From NCBI GenBank assembly GCA_964247055.1, contig OZ176050.1, positions 6,014,001 through 6,078,000 on the forward strand: a DNA stretch of 64,000 nt. Reading direction: 5' to 3'. The notes below the pieces were generated by a model. That model was given only the letters and a program-made list of their open reading frames with translations. It did not search any database and had not been told where the DNA came from. Below, piece by piece: positions 1-13,003 of the stretch. Both the position numbers and the translations under genes were made by a program. The first letter of the stretch is position 1. Each line of letters starts with the position of its first letter. The DNA comes from Paragordius varius (taxonomy: Eukaryota > Animalia > Nematomorpha).

Positions 1-298
1 ATGATTACAAAAGATTTTAATGGTTTTTAACGTAAAAAAGGTTTTATTGCCTAAATATTAAATAATTAAAATTGTTTTAAATTTGAACAATATAATTAAT
101 TTTATTCATACTTGTAAATTTAGCGATAATTAAATTATTTAAACGCAATTTCGCTAACTTTTTGAAAAAAAATAATTTCCAATTTTTAAATGACCGATAT
201 TATTTTGTAGGTGGGGTTTTTGAAAAATTGAAAAAGGATGATATATTAAAGATTATTGATTATAATATATATATATATATGTCTATAATATTTGACAG

Positions 299-1492
299 AT
301 TCAACAATTATAAAAAGTTTGGAGGATCGTTTTCTAATATTAATAACTGCCGGGACTGGGATAACACCTGCTCTGCAAATTCTACATCGATTTGGAATGG
401 AAAATGCCTTGACAGATTATTACAACAAAGATTATAATCCATCGTTAACTGAAAAATCTGGAAAAGTCATTAAAGAAACCGTTTATAAAATTGGGCAGGA
501 GAGCTCAAAAGAAAATGTGCAATACCAAAATTCCTATAAACCAAAACATAGGTTGGTATTACGCATTAATATTTACGAAATTACTTATTATTCATTTTAA
601 TGTCTAGTTCAAATTTTCTCATTTATATGTTTCAATAAAAAATTTCGTTTGATAGTCAAAACTCCACCAAAGCAAAATTAAGCATATTGCTTCTCAATTT
701 CAACAAAACTAGTCAAGATGTTATATGGAACAATGATCTTGCATCGATTGAATCTGAATTAAAGTAAAAATTTAATGGTAAATTATTTTTGGAAACAAAA
801 AAAATTAATTATTTAAATGTACACCTATTTTCATTTTTTCAATTCGTAACTTAGTTTCAAAATGATAAACTTTCTTACGAGAGAAAGTCAAGACAAAAAT
901 AGCAATACGACAGATATGAATACGAATCTCAAAGGTTTTATTATACGGGGTCATCGTATAAGTCCAGAGATAATTTTGTATGCAATGTATAACAATTTTA
1001 TCAAGACCAACCATCAATACTCAAACAACTGTAAAATTGATAATGATCTCAAAGTTCAAAATTATGATTTTGCAAATTGTGAAAATGTTATTGAACAAAT
1101 TCAAAATTCCGACATTTTTGCCTCTCTGTGTACACGGTTACGAGTTTGCGTTTGTGGATCTTATGAGTTCAACCAAGCTGCTTTAACGTATAATTAATAT
1201 TTTTGGTTTATTTTTGTCCCTAAATATATTAATAGCATTATAAAATACAATATTAAATTATTTATTGAAACAAATTAAAAATACTGCATAACATACAAGT
1301 CTAGTTTTGATTCCATGAGGAATGAATTTACGGTATTCTTAATATGCTATTTTAATAAATAATTTACCAAGTTATACCTAGATCAAACAAAAATAATTTT
1401 ATTATATTCTAAATTTTATTTTTTTATACTTACACAGATCGCTAACCAGTTGTGGAATCAAAGAATCTAATATATATATCTTTGCAGAATAA
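299..1492 (+). CDS. CYB5R4: Cytochrome b5 reductase 4-like FNR-family oxidoreductase, 3' part (NAD(P)H-binding domain). Exons 299-551, 656-763, 855-1187, 1438-1492; 5' exons not resolved or upstream of the window.
   Basis: The spliced product contains LITAGTGITP, LLNFNKTSQDVIWNND, GHRISPE, VCVCGSYEF and terminal LTSCGIKESNIYIFAE*. These follow the order of the CYB5R4 motifs LAAGTGFTP, FFNKTEDDIIW, GHISP, VCICGP and NEIHSF. All three GT-AG junctions are phase-consistent. Confidence 0.75.
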
Positions 1493-1621
1493 TTAGTCCA
1501 AATTATATTATTTATTTTTATTTAGATAATAATCGAAAAAAACAAATATGTTAATAACGATGTAAATGTGATACATATAAGTGTTTTATAAATTTATGTA
1601 TTTATTATTAACTAATGTCTT

Positions 1622-3970
1622 TTATGCCAGCATCTGCAAGTAATTTTCGGCTAAAGCATCAAATTCTTTCGACTTTTCATCGTAATTTTTGGAAAACTCT
1701 TCATCAGAATGTTCGCTTCGTATTTGATTTAATAAACGTGACGTTTCCTATGTTTTGTGCAAAGTATATGAGTATAAATCATGTTCTTAGCGCGAATTCC
1801 CTAATCCTATAAAATTTAGCTAAGATTTTTCCCACTTTTTTACTATATTTTAAAATTAGGTAAAAGTCCTACACATAGCTTTCTGACCCAACTTTAAAAT
1901 TAACATTAGCGCATTTCTTATTTTATTTGGGAAGTTGATGGGTGCAGAATTATAATTGTTATCATATGCATTGTGGCGATCAGAACTATCAATTAAAAAT
2001 ATCTCAGAAAATCAATCAATAACTAAAAAATATATCTATTGGTTTTAAGCCTATTTAGACAAAATATTAACCGTAATAAACATCTAAGTTAGGCGGTATA
2101 TATTTTTTCAATGCCATTAATATATTAAAAAATAAAACAAATTATTTTTAAGGTAAAACTAACTAAATTTTTTAAAAAAAGTCTACCAAATATTTCTGGA
2201 GTGAATTTTATCTAAAAAATGGTAATATTAAAGAAAAGTAATATAGTCAAACCTTTTTTACAGATTTTTTTGCGATTTCATACCGCCCAAATTTTTTTTT
2301 GCATTTTACGCTGACCAATAAAAGTTGACAATCCTCTGAAATTAAAATATGATTTTTGTATTTGTGCGTTCACGATCGCACAAAAAAATGTTTAAGCGTA
2401 TAAAAATTTTTTATATATGTTCCTACTAACCTCACTATGTTTGTTGGAAAGTGTAAGTGTTTTATACAAATTCAATATTGTTTCGGCGTGATCAGGATCC
2501 TAAAAATATGATATGAATGATAGATTCTACGGTAAAATAACCATTTAGAACTTTACTTAAATAAATTTGTGTGGCAAAATAAATACCTTTTCGAGTGCTT
2601 TTCTAAAAACTTTTTCAGCATCATCGTATTGTTGTAGCTGTAAATGAGCAGCGCCCAAACCATTTAATAATGTTATAGATGGGGGATATTTCTCACAAAA
2701 TTCATTGAATATATAAAATGATTCTTTCGCTTTCCCTCCGCCCTAAATTGGATTTAAATTATTATTAAACCAAAATTTTCTATATTTCTTATAAGTTTGC
2801 TGACTACTATTTAACTTCAAACATAAATTTAGCGAAAGCTATTTCATACATAAAGTTGGGCCTATAGTTTTATCGAATGCAGCATTAATATACCTCAACT
2901 GATGATTTTGATTAACAAAAATTCTGTTATAAAATGGATGATAAATTATTGAATATGAGTCTTATAAAACTTAACAATCGAAAATACCAAGGACTGGAAG
3001 CAAGATTATAAACTGTTTTAGAAATGGATTCAATTTTCTAAAGTGGAATACTTGCAATTTATGTATATATTATTGTAGTTATTATCCATACTGTATCAAA
3101 GTAATAACCGAACACACTTTAAATTAATACAATCGGAGCAAAATAATTTTGAAAAAAAATTTCATAAAAAATTATTAAACAATATTAATCGAAACCGAAT
3201 ACAAAAAATAATTGAAACTGGTCCAACCGATTAATACTTTTTTCCAAAAATGGCCAAATATATATTTCTATTTTAGAAAAAAATTAGATTGTTTTTGTTT
3301 AAACACAAACCCAAAAAATATTTTATGCAAATGTTCATACGTATACAAAATTAAATTCACGTTTAGTACGCACCAGATATAAATTAACCCATGCAATCGA
3401 TAATTGCGTTAACGGCGAATCTTCATCCATCGACTGCATTGTTCCCAAAACTTTAGTTGCTAAATCGATTCGATGAATTTGAAGGTATAACTGAATTAAC
3501 ATGGATAAACTATGCATAAAATAATAAAAAAACCATTCTAAATCATTAGAGTTTTGCAAAGTTTCAAAGACTTTTTGATAATTTTCTTCACACATATATA
3601 TGATAGATGCAATTATTTTGTATAAGTAAAAATCCTTGTCAGTATATGTTGCTAGTTCATGTTATGTCCCTTTGATATTATATTTTATATAAACTCATTT
3701 TTTCCGTTTAAATAGTCAGCGTAAACCTTTAAAAGATACAATTTACCATCTTTTTTACTATTGATTTCGTCGCTAACTAATTTATATTTCTTCATGCCAA
3801 TATAACTACGATAAACATATACATCCCTTAAAAAGCTTGAATTATTAGAGAGGTTCTAGATTAAATTTGAAATTTACTTTAAGTTTAGAAGCTTCATTAA
3901 TACATAATTGATAATTGCCAATGTAAAAAGCGTTTTGAACCTGAAACAACGGGTTTTCTTCGTCGTTCAT
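1622..3970 (-). CDS. COPE: Coatomer subunit epsilon. Exons (minus strand) 3970-3878, 3855-3695, 3669-3534, 3509-3374, 2742-2587, 2499-2431, 1747-1622.
   Basis: The translation gives LFQVQNAFYIGNYQLCINEA, RDVYVYRSY, VYADYL, HRIDLATKVLGTMQSMDEDSPLTQLSIAWV, GGGKAKESFYIFNE, ITLLNGLGAAHL, DPDHAETILNL and KEFDALAENY, colinear with COPE over its full length. One extra base near 3660 breaks the frame in exon 3 (see findings). Confidence 0.93.
3510..3533 (-). other. 24-nt mini-intron (COPE intron 3): GTTTTTTTATTATTTTATGCATAG
   Basis: Removing it restores DLEC-LSMLIQ, matching the COPE motif SLEC-TAMTVQ. If retained it inserts an AT-rich peptide (WFFYYFMHS). Confidence 0.85.
3670..3694 (-). other. 25-nt mini-intron (COPE intron 2): GTTTATATAAAATATAATATCAAAG
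   Basis: It uses the only GT donor after ADYLNGKN. The acceptor is less certain because a 1-nt frame discrepancy follows. Confidence 0.6.
3856..3877 (-). other. 22-nt mini-intron (COPE intron 1): GTAAATTTCAAATTTAATCTAG
   Basis: GT-AG. Removing it joins SKLK to NLSNNSSFLRDVYVYR; retaining it shifts the frame. Confidence 0.9.
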
Positions 3971-5561
3971 ATTACACGTTACTTTTTGAAAAAGCAGATG
4001 ATGACCGTATTTTTGTTTAATCCATATGTGTGTGAGGTAACAAGCATAGGGACCGTCGGAAAATCGTCGGCCACAGTGACGTCAAAATTTAATACCCTTT
4101 GTAACGCATGAAACCTTCAGAGCGGAAAAACTTATCGGAGGTTGGGTTTTGGTTTGATCTTATTATCTACGTAAAATGCCTTTATGTTTGGCGTGTTATT
4201 TTAAATATGTATGAGTAATCTAAATGTATGTATATAAAATGTTAAATTCGCCGTGTTTTTTATATAAAAATACTATGGTATTCACTGCTTAAAGTATTTT
4301 CAGAGGTCTAGTCTAATATATAGTTTATTCAAAGCTCGTGTCTTTGGTGCAAAAAGGGTTTTTGTTTGCTTCTATATTTTGGCCATTGGGTATACCATTT
4401 ATGAAGTTGGACATGAACTATAGCTGTTACCCCTTCGGCGAAGATGTTTTAGCTGAACTGGGACGGATTAGCATACGAATGCTTTGAACCGATTCTCAAC
4501 TTCGGCCCAAAAAATGCTGAAGGTTGGAAACCAGCCCTGCTCAAATATCAGCGGCTTCAACATCTTCCCGTTCCCCAACAATAATTAGCGAGTGTCTCGT
4601 CATCGGGTCTTGAGTTTCTATGGCTCATTCAAGTTGTATGAAATGCATATACAGTGCATATCAATTTATGCGTTTATCGTTAACGAATTTCAATAAAATT
4701 GAACATATAATTTTTAGTATTTATCCACGAATACTCTTTCCAAAAAGTGATTTGAAAAATAAAACTTGGAAGTGCTTTTTCCAGCAAATAACTTTCAAAA
4801 AAGAAGCTACCAACTCTACAACTTAGCCATTCTATTCGTTAGGTCCAATTCTCTTTTGATCTTTCATCTTTGAGTTTTTAAAAGTTTATGGATATGAGAA
4901 ATGGCGCTACCATCGAAGAGTCCAATTTATTGTACATATGTCTCAAAATAAATTCCGCCGGTGAGGTGTATAAAGTATGAATTATTTAATAATATTTTGT
5001 TGCCAATTTTAAATAATTTGATCACAGTTAGCCATATATTTTTATCGACCAAAAAACATTGAATTTTATAATAAACATTTTAACACTTCGGCATGCTGGT
5101 CAAATGAGAAAATATCCTATAAATTTAACGGCATTCGTAAAAAAGGTTAATTTTACTGGTTGACTTTGAAATTTAATATTTCGGAAATTATGTATACAAT
5201 TTAATAATGCCCATTAGTATTTCATTTATTAAAGCCCCGATTATAATCGTTAAGCCAGATTTTAAAACCCAACAGTTTTAAAAGCAAAAATCTCTCAGAA
5301 ATTTTGGGGTGATGTATGATTAAATACACTACTCTTTGTGCAGGGGACCAGTTTTTTAGCCACTTCCATCATGTAAAAAGAAAATGAGCAATTTCGCTTC
5401 TGCAAATATATTGTACATATGACCACTTAGATTTATGTCCAGTTCAGTAAAATAAGTTTCGACAAAATAATGTTATATTTTCATTGTTTTCCTCGCGCTG
5501 TTGCAGGAATTATAACCAATCACAATTATCGTTTAAAATAAATCACACCTACATAAAAAGG

Positions 5562-5605
5562 CACACACCACACACACAGACACACACACACAAACACAGA
5601 CACAC
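5562..5605. repeat. Imperfect (CA)n microsatellite
   Basis: cacacaccacacacacagacacacacacacaaacacagacacac. Confidence 0.9.
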
Positions 5606-7429
5606 CTAATACTAAAGAATGTTGTTTTCCTTTGATACATTTTCCAAAAATGGTATATTCATCTTAAATTTAGAATTTTTTTTTATTTTTTTACGAATGC
5701 GTTGAATTAAGTCGGCTGACCCTTTAATTAATCCCTATATTTAGCCTCCGTCCAGTAAAATAAATTTTTTTTTCAAAAAAACTATCCTTAAAATATTTTA
5801 AGCAAATTTTTGCTCAAAAATGAAATTATATAAACTTAATAGTGGTTTTAGGTAATCCCGTTATAAAAGGAAATATTTTTATCCCCCTCATTTTGTAAAA
5901 CTCGCACTATATATATAATTTGGATTAAAAGCACGTCAAACCTTTGATGCCCATAAAGATTAATTAGGAATTTAGCGATTTCTTACATAAAAAAGGGTAA
6001 AAAGGCCCTTTTTATAATTAAGAAGGGCGTCCAATCCTGAAAAATACGTCACACATGGCTTTGAAGCAATTCACCATCTGGGACTTTTTAAAATCAAGAA
6101 TGATTTAAAATTTTTGTCCAGCGCCTCTTATAATAACCTTAGGTAGGGCCTACCCTATTTCAAATACGCTACTATCTAGAAACAACAGGTTGAAAGTATT
6201 TTTCGAGCCTATTACATCATGTTGATTCGATTTCGGATTTAAAATCAAAAATTTAGTCAAGGGCTCTTTCAAAGTAGCAAATGGTTTAGACCGACCCTGT
6301 GCTAAATATGCCACCAACTGTTTTGAGGCTCTTTTTGCAATATGAGTTTAATTATCACACATTAATCTCGTGTATTAGATGAAATGCCTTATATTTTTGA
6401 CAGTCTTGTCACCTAAAATTGAAACAATTCCAAAACATGATTGAACTAAACAACTGATTTTAAATCTATTTTCTATCAAATTTTTGTTGGTAAAATAATT
6501 TAAAAATTAAATAAAAGGCGGCTGAAAAGTTTGATATGAGGATTTGCAATTTTCAATTTTTTGAAAAAACTTAAATATCATGGGCCTAGTTAAAAAATGC
6601 CTAAACTTGGCTTCCCCAAAATATTTTTTAAGCTATTTAAATTTTAAATGGCCATTAGGTAAACTACCCCAAAAGGCAATGTTAATCTCTAGGATTGAAA
6701 ACTACCCTATGTTATGAAGTGTTAAGTCGCTAATACAACAGGCAAACAATTCTATAGTATCCTAAAAGGGTAAATGAAAAACTTTAGTAAGCTTTCAGAA
6801 ACATTCATTTCTATTGAGTTTATACAGCTGTTTGTTTCGATCGGTTTTAAAACTAATAAATTTCGGATTTTAGTTGAAAAACTGTATAAAATAAAGGGCT
6901 TCTGCAAAAGAAGACATCACTGTTTTATAATTAAATTTTAACCTAAACAATTTTAAAATCGTAGTTAATGTACAAGTTTTAGGTCTGCGGTAGAAAACTA
7001 CTGAAAAGCTAATCGTCTGCAAAAAAAGAAAAGATAAAGTAATAAGTGCATGGAACAGTAAAAGGAATATAAATACACTTAACACTGTCTATATTGTTGC
7101 CTTACTTTCTACGCGATTACATATTGTATTATATCCCAACGCTCAACAAAATAAACTACTCTTTTGAAAATGTTAACATTATTTTCTTGTTTTAGATAAC
7201 AAAACTTTAATATTTTTTACAGGTCTTCTATCGTCTAAAATTAGGACAGCTTCAAAATACGAGTGAACTAATCAGCTGATAAAATCAAAAAATATTGAAT
7301 GTTGGCTGGTAAAATTCGAAAGCTCGCTCTAGTAATTGTTTGCATTTTAAAACCGTAATATACATTTATTTGCCCATTAAAGCGATTTAAATAAATTATT
7401 CCAGAGCGATTTTTAAATAACGAGTATAT

Positions 7430-8400
7430 AAGGTATTACGAATTTTAAAATATGCTTTCTTAATTTTAGCACATTATAAAAAAATATTTAAGAAATGTAA
7501 AATAAAAAATCCTTATCACAAATTGAATCGCTACTGCAACAAGCATGTTTAATATGATTGGAAAATGTAAATTTAGTTTTGGAAGCTTTCAGGCTAATTT
7601 TACCAGCAAAACTTTATAAACTTTAATGATATTAGCTGTTAGTTTCTATCGTATTTTGGGGCGGTCATAATTTTGAACTCTAGAAGTCACAAAACTGTTA
7701 AAAAAACATTTTCTCTTATATATGAGAGCAATTTTTGATAATTATATTTTTAAAATAACTTTCAAAACGGTATATTTAAAAAATTCAGTTCCGGGATATA
7801 AAACTCTACAATAATGTAAGCTAGGAGAAAAAATTGAAAAGATAATGAAGTAGTAGAAATAAAATATGGCGGCGATGCGGATTTTATATATTTTTTAATA
7901 CTCCATTACCTTTTGGGCAAGTTCCATATAGCAGAGCGATATGAAATTTGAATATCTTAGAAGGTATTTAAGGTATTAAGCCTTTAAAACATGCTTTTTA
8001 GCCTTTTTGGCGCATTATACATAAAAATATTTTAAAAATATAAAATTGTAATAAACTCTTCATCTCAAAATTATTTGCCGTTTTTATAATCGCTAATCTA
8101 ATTAACATATAAATGATTTTATGGTTGGAAAAAGTTAATTCATTTTAAAAACTTTTCTGCATTTTACCAGCAAAAACTTGATATATTTTGATTTTAAATC
8201 AGCTGTTCGCAATCGTATTTTGAAGGTGTCCCAATTTTAGACTAAAAAACGGTAAGAAATACAAGCTTTTTCTAAATGAGAACAATATTTAAATTTCCAC
8301 TAAAATTACTTTCAAAACTGTAGTTAATTTACAAATTCAAGACCTGGCAAAAAAAGCCTCAAAATGTATACTAGGATAAAAAATAGATAAGGTGATGATT
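7430..8400. repeat. Degenerate tandem duplication with a period of about 540 bp; member of a dispersed repeat family
   Basis: The same blocks recur in order at ~7430 and ~7970 (aaggtatta...aaaaYatgctt, ttttaccagcaaaa, atcgtatttt, actttcaaaac, ctagga). A reverse-complement copy lies at ~45310-45590 (cagttttgtgacttctagag, ttttgctggcaaaa). Confidence 0.6.
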
Positions 8401-8878
8401 TAAAAAAATATTTTGTATTATGCGTGAAAGGCTAAAAAAGCATATTTTCGCCTAATATCTTTAATACTTTTTATGATATTTTACCTTCAAATCTATTTGG
8501 AATATAAAGATACCCCAAATTTCTTAAAAAAAGCTTAAAATAAGATGAAAAGTATTTTAATTTTGATTTGTCGATATAAGCAAACTTTTGAAATGTTATT
8601 TTATGTTAGAATAAAAAAATTTGGGATGTTCATTGACCCATTTCGACCTTATTTGTATTTAAGTATTTATATTCAATGATAATCATTTGTTTTATATTCC
8701 TTTTATTATAATTCATTTTATGCTCTGAGATTTAATTTACCATGTATTTTAAATTAACTCAAAGGGTATTAAGATGTTAAAACAATTATAAAACATTAAA
8801 TGGACATATACTCAAACATTCTGAGATACATAAAAAGTTATTGTACTATCGATTCATAATTACATTTTACCATACATA

Positions 8879-10555
8879 ATGACTTCGACCGTAGCTCCAA
8901 TTAAACGGAATATTAAAAATGTGATAAAAAATTACAGCGAAGCTCAAGTCAAAGTTAGAGAAGCAACAAGTAATGATCCATGGGGACCCTCGAGCTCATT
9001 GATGTCCGAAATTGCGGATATGACATTCAATGTGGTTGCGTTTTCGGAGATAATGCAAATGATATGGAAACGGCTAAACGATAGTGGGAAAAATTGGAGG
9101 CATGTGTATAAAGCTTTAAATTTGTTGGAATACATTATTAAAACTGGTAACGAAAAAGTTGCTCAACAATGTCGGGAAAATATATACGCAATTCAAACAC
9201 TTAAAGATTTTCAATATCATGATGAATTTAAAGATCAAGGATTTAATGTACGGGAAAAGGCGAAAGCTATTGTTGCTCTTTTAAAAGATGAAGAACGATT
9301 AAAAAACGAGCGCACTAAAGCTTTAAGGACCAAACAAAAATTCACCAATTCTTACGAAAAGGTATATATAAAAAAATAATACTAATCAATATTGATGTAG
9401 CCATTATCGTTTACATATTTAATAAATTTTAAAATCTATTTCCTATTATTAAAACAAAACCATATAAACTGCATTGTTATAGCAAAATATTTCCGATTAT
9501 CACGTGTCCCGTTCAGATCAATCGGCATCATCAAATCCCAATACTCCAAACTTTGAAACGCAAGATGAATGGGTGAATATAAGACCCACAAATCCTGGTG
9601 AGGAAGAATTGCAACTTCAAATCGCCTTATCCCTAAGCAAAGAGGAGGCCGAAAACGAACAGAAAATGAGGAAAAATGATGAACTTAGGCTAAAAATGGC
9701 TCTTTCGGAGAGTCAGACAAATGTACGCGAACCTAATAAACCTTTCACCAATGATCAGGTATACACACACATAACAACATAAAATATTTTGTTTTTCTTT
9801 GTTAAATTATTGATTTTTTGAGATTATATAAGTGGTGTTAAATAATACCATTATAATGCATATTCTGTTTATAAAGTGATGAAAGCCTTAAGCTCTTGCA
9901 TGATATACTATTTTAGCAGTCTTTTTATAAGATTAACAGATTATTATATTGTTATTAATGTTAGAAATTAATTGATTTTGATGAGAAAGAGGATGTCTCA
10001 AACAATGACCCATTTGAATTATTTAAACCATCGACTTCAAATAACCAACAATCGAACACTGATAACAATGAAACATCTGTCGATAATTTGGATTTATTTG
10101 CATTACGGCAAGGACCAAATACTGTTGTTGTCAATGATTATGTAAAAAACGCTAGCTATCCTATGAAACAACAGCTCCCAAACAATGATACCCAAGATTT
10201 GTTTCTAAACCACAACTCTTTCAAAGCTCCAACTCAACAAAATAATTTTGATTATGATCCCTGGTCGTCCACAATACCAGCTACTAACTCTCTTCCACAG
10301 TCTATGAACAACAATATGTTAAGTGTATCGAATTCTCAAAATTATCCACAAATTGCAACCAATAATTTTATGAATATGCAACCAAATTCGATGATACAAT
10401 CATCCAATCCATTTATTAATCAACCCTCTTCGACACAGGCAACAAACACACATTCAGCCTTAGATAGCTTAAGTAGTGATATAGCGAAATTTTCGAATTT
10501 AACCAAAACTGGAAGCAGTACCATAACTGATTCCAACAATTTTTTCCGCTCCTAA
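8879..10555 (+). CDS. EPN: Epsin (ENTH domain, two UIMs, clathrin box, DPW/DPF/NPF motifs). Exons 8879-9361, 9483-9758, 9965-10555.
   Basis: ENTH motifs NYSEAQVKVREATSNDPWGPS and WKRLNDSGKNWRHVYKAL; UIMs EEELQLQIALSLSKEE and DELRLKMALSES; LIDFD, DPF, DPW and NPF motifs. Both junctions are phase-0 GT-AG. Confidence 0.95.
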
Positions 10556-10725
10556 CTCAATAAAATACTTTGTTTTGTTTTCTCCCATAGCTTTTTACTA
10601 TATTAATCATAATAATTGAATAATTTAATGTACGAGATGATAGCATTATGAGATGTATATAAAGTTTGTAAGCCCTTAAGGCGCTCTACACCTTTTATAT
10701 TTATATATATATTCAATCATTGGTT

Positions 10726-10841
10726 TATATATATATATATATATATATGTTTACACACACTCAAAAATTATAATTTAAAGTTATATCTACATATTTTTGT
10801 CATATTTTTACGACATCATATATATATATATATATATATAT
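10726..10841. repeat. Two (TA)n microsatellites 3' of epsin (similar tracts near 17357, 32527 and 55580)
   Basis: TA runs at 10726-10748 and 10818-10841. Confidence 0.9.
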
Positions 10842-12459
10842 GCATATATTTTTTATATAAAGGAGTTATACACCTTTTAGCAAATTACAACGAAATAATA
10901 ATTATGTTGAATTGTCTTATTTTCCACCTCTTTGCTTTGTAGGACATTCTTTTTTTTCAAATTATTACAGAATATAAAAAGGTTCATTAATTTATTGGAA
11001 AAAATATTTGGCCATATATGATATAAAATTAAACGATATTAAAAAAGTTTATTTGATGCATTTTTTAAAAAATTAAAACAAATTTAAAAATTTGTAATCA
11101 AGCGAAAGAAAGAAATGTTTAAATATAGAACAAATCACTTATTATCATTCCTATAATATAGATTAAAACAGTACTCACGAGAAAATTATAAAGCAAAAAA
11201 TCTTTATCTTGTGTCAAGGGCCCTACACCATATAATACCGATAAAAATTTCATAGCTATTTGGCACATTTGCCAATATTTTTATCAAAAAACAGCAAAAA
11301 TTTAATAAAGAATCCAGGGTCATAATAAGGTGCGGTTTGAGTACCACTGCTATAAAAGTAACTTAATTTATTTGTAATAAACATTCGGATTCTCACTGAA
11401 TCGGCAAAAAATACATATGAAAAAAAGATACAACCATGGATGTCAAAATAAATACCAATGGATATTTTAAGTTGGAAGTTTGTATACTTTTTGGTTTAAA
11501 AATACCCTATTTTTGTTGTAAACGGTGAAAACCAGCTAAATTGCAAGAACATTATACAATACGAGCGCTATTATTATAGGCGATATCTGTATTTTAAATG
11601 GTTGAAAGGGTATTTAATTTACATATTAGCAGCCATGCATAAGATTTTTCGTTTTTCCGTTATAAATAAATACAATATTTAATTATAATGTAAGTAATAG
11701 CATGAAAAATCTCATAAGTCACAATAATTATGAAATTAAACACCATTTTTATTTTAAATTAGATATGCCCCCTATAACACAGTGTCCACAAAAATGTATT
11801 CTGATGAATTCAGAAAATTATATCAGGATTATCATGGTGCTTTTGGTTTTGGCCCTTACGAGTGATATAATAAAGTAATTAACACTTTTGTGGTAAGTTT
11901 CTCACATCATAAAATGGCGAAATTTGCGCACATTTTGTTAAATAAATTTTTTTAGTGAAACTAAATGCTTCATTTTGATAATTATCTAGAAAATATTACT
12001 ATACGTATAAATCGTAAAACAGTTTTATCTAAAATTTTAATCTTTATATCGAACCGAAAGTCCCAAATTTTTTGCACTTCTAAAATGGGCTAGTTCTCTT
12101 CGAATAAAGGCAAAATTGGCAGGAATGCGCAAATATAAATATATGTTTCACATCAAAAATAATTTTTTTTCCCGAAAAAATGAATAATTTTTTAATCAAT
12201 TTATGGGCGCATAGTGAGCCGCTTTTTTAAATTTAACCCTGTCTTCCGCCTCACCTATATAAATTTGCCAAACATTCTGGCATAAGTTATCACCCAACTT
12301 AGCCCAATAAAGCCACGTTTTTGCAAAAAATTATCCAAAAATAATTTTTTTTAAAATAAATTTTCAGAAAAGGTAAGAACATATGAATTCATTAGGTTCT
12401 TCTTTTGTGATGATATGGTTATAATCGTTTTTTAAATAAATTACCCCACGCGTGCGCTT

Positions 12460-13003
12460 TTAACACTTGGATACAACACATTCATTTCAGTCCTTTGATT
12501 CAAATTGGGGTAGTTGGATACCCAAGGCCTTTAAAAATTAAATTCTTTAAAAATTATGGAAAAATTCGAAATGGCAAAATTTTGCACTTATATAACATTA
12601 ATAAACCGAAATATATAAAAAAATTTATTTAAAAATACTTGGTAAATATAGTCAACGTGACATGTTGTCAATGGTAAAATTGAAAAATAATACAAAATAA
12701 ACCGCTTTTCTTAATTAATGTTATATGTAATTTAAATAAAAATTAGCTTTAATTTTACCCTTAAAATTAAATGAAGACGATATTTTGCAAAAATTTTCTA
12801 AAATAAAAATGGCGTCGAATTAGTTTGACATGGAACTTTTTTTTCAAAACATAATTTTATTTAGATACTTTGGCATATTTATAAAATTTTTATTAGGATA
12901 GAAGCATAAATTTAAATTGGGACCGTTTCCTTCAGTATTTTTTTAAATCTTAACTTAAATTAATTCTGGGGTATTTAGATACCCAATTTGAATCGAGTGT
13001 TAA
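12460..13003. mobile_element. TTAA-flanked piggyBac-type non-autonomous element (MITE), copy 1
   Basis: TTAA-CACTTGGATAC...AATCGAGTG-TTAA. The internal sequence is shared with the copies at 19768, 27433, 28665 and 50701. Confidence 0.8.

Noticed and set aside
281-298. Candidate 18-nt intron GTCTATAATATTTGACAG in the CYB5R4-like gene
   Set aside because: Its length is a multiple of 3, so it does not connect the upstream frame to the AGTG-motif frame.
3727-3746. Candidate 20-nt intron GTAAATTGTATCTTTTAAAG in COPE exon 2
   Set aside because: Removing it causes a frameshift and a stop. The unspliced sequence aligns with COPE without a gap.
5280-5530. Possible piggyBac transposase C-terminal remnant on the minus strand
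   Set aside because: Resemblance is only loose (YNSCNSARKN, FYMMEVAKKL) and is broken by stops; not supportable without a search.
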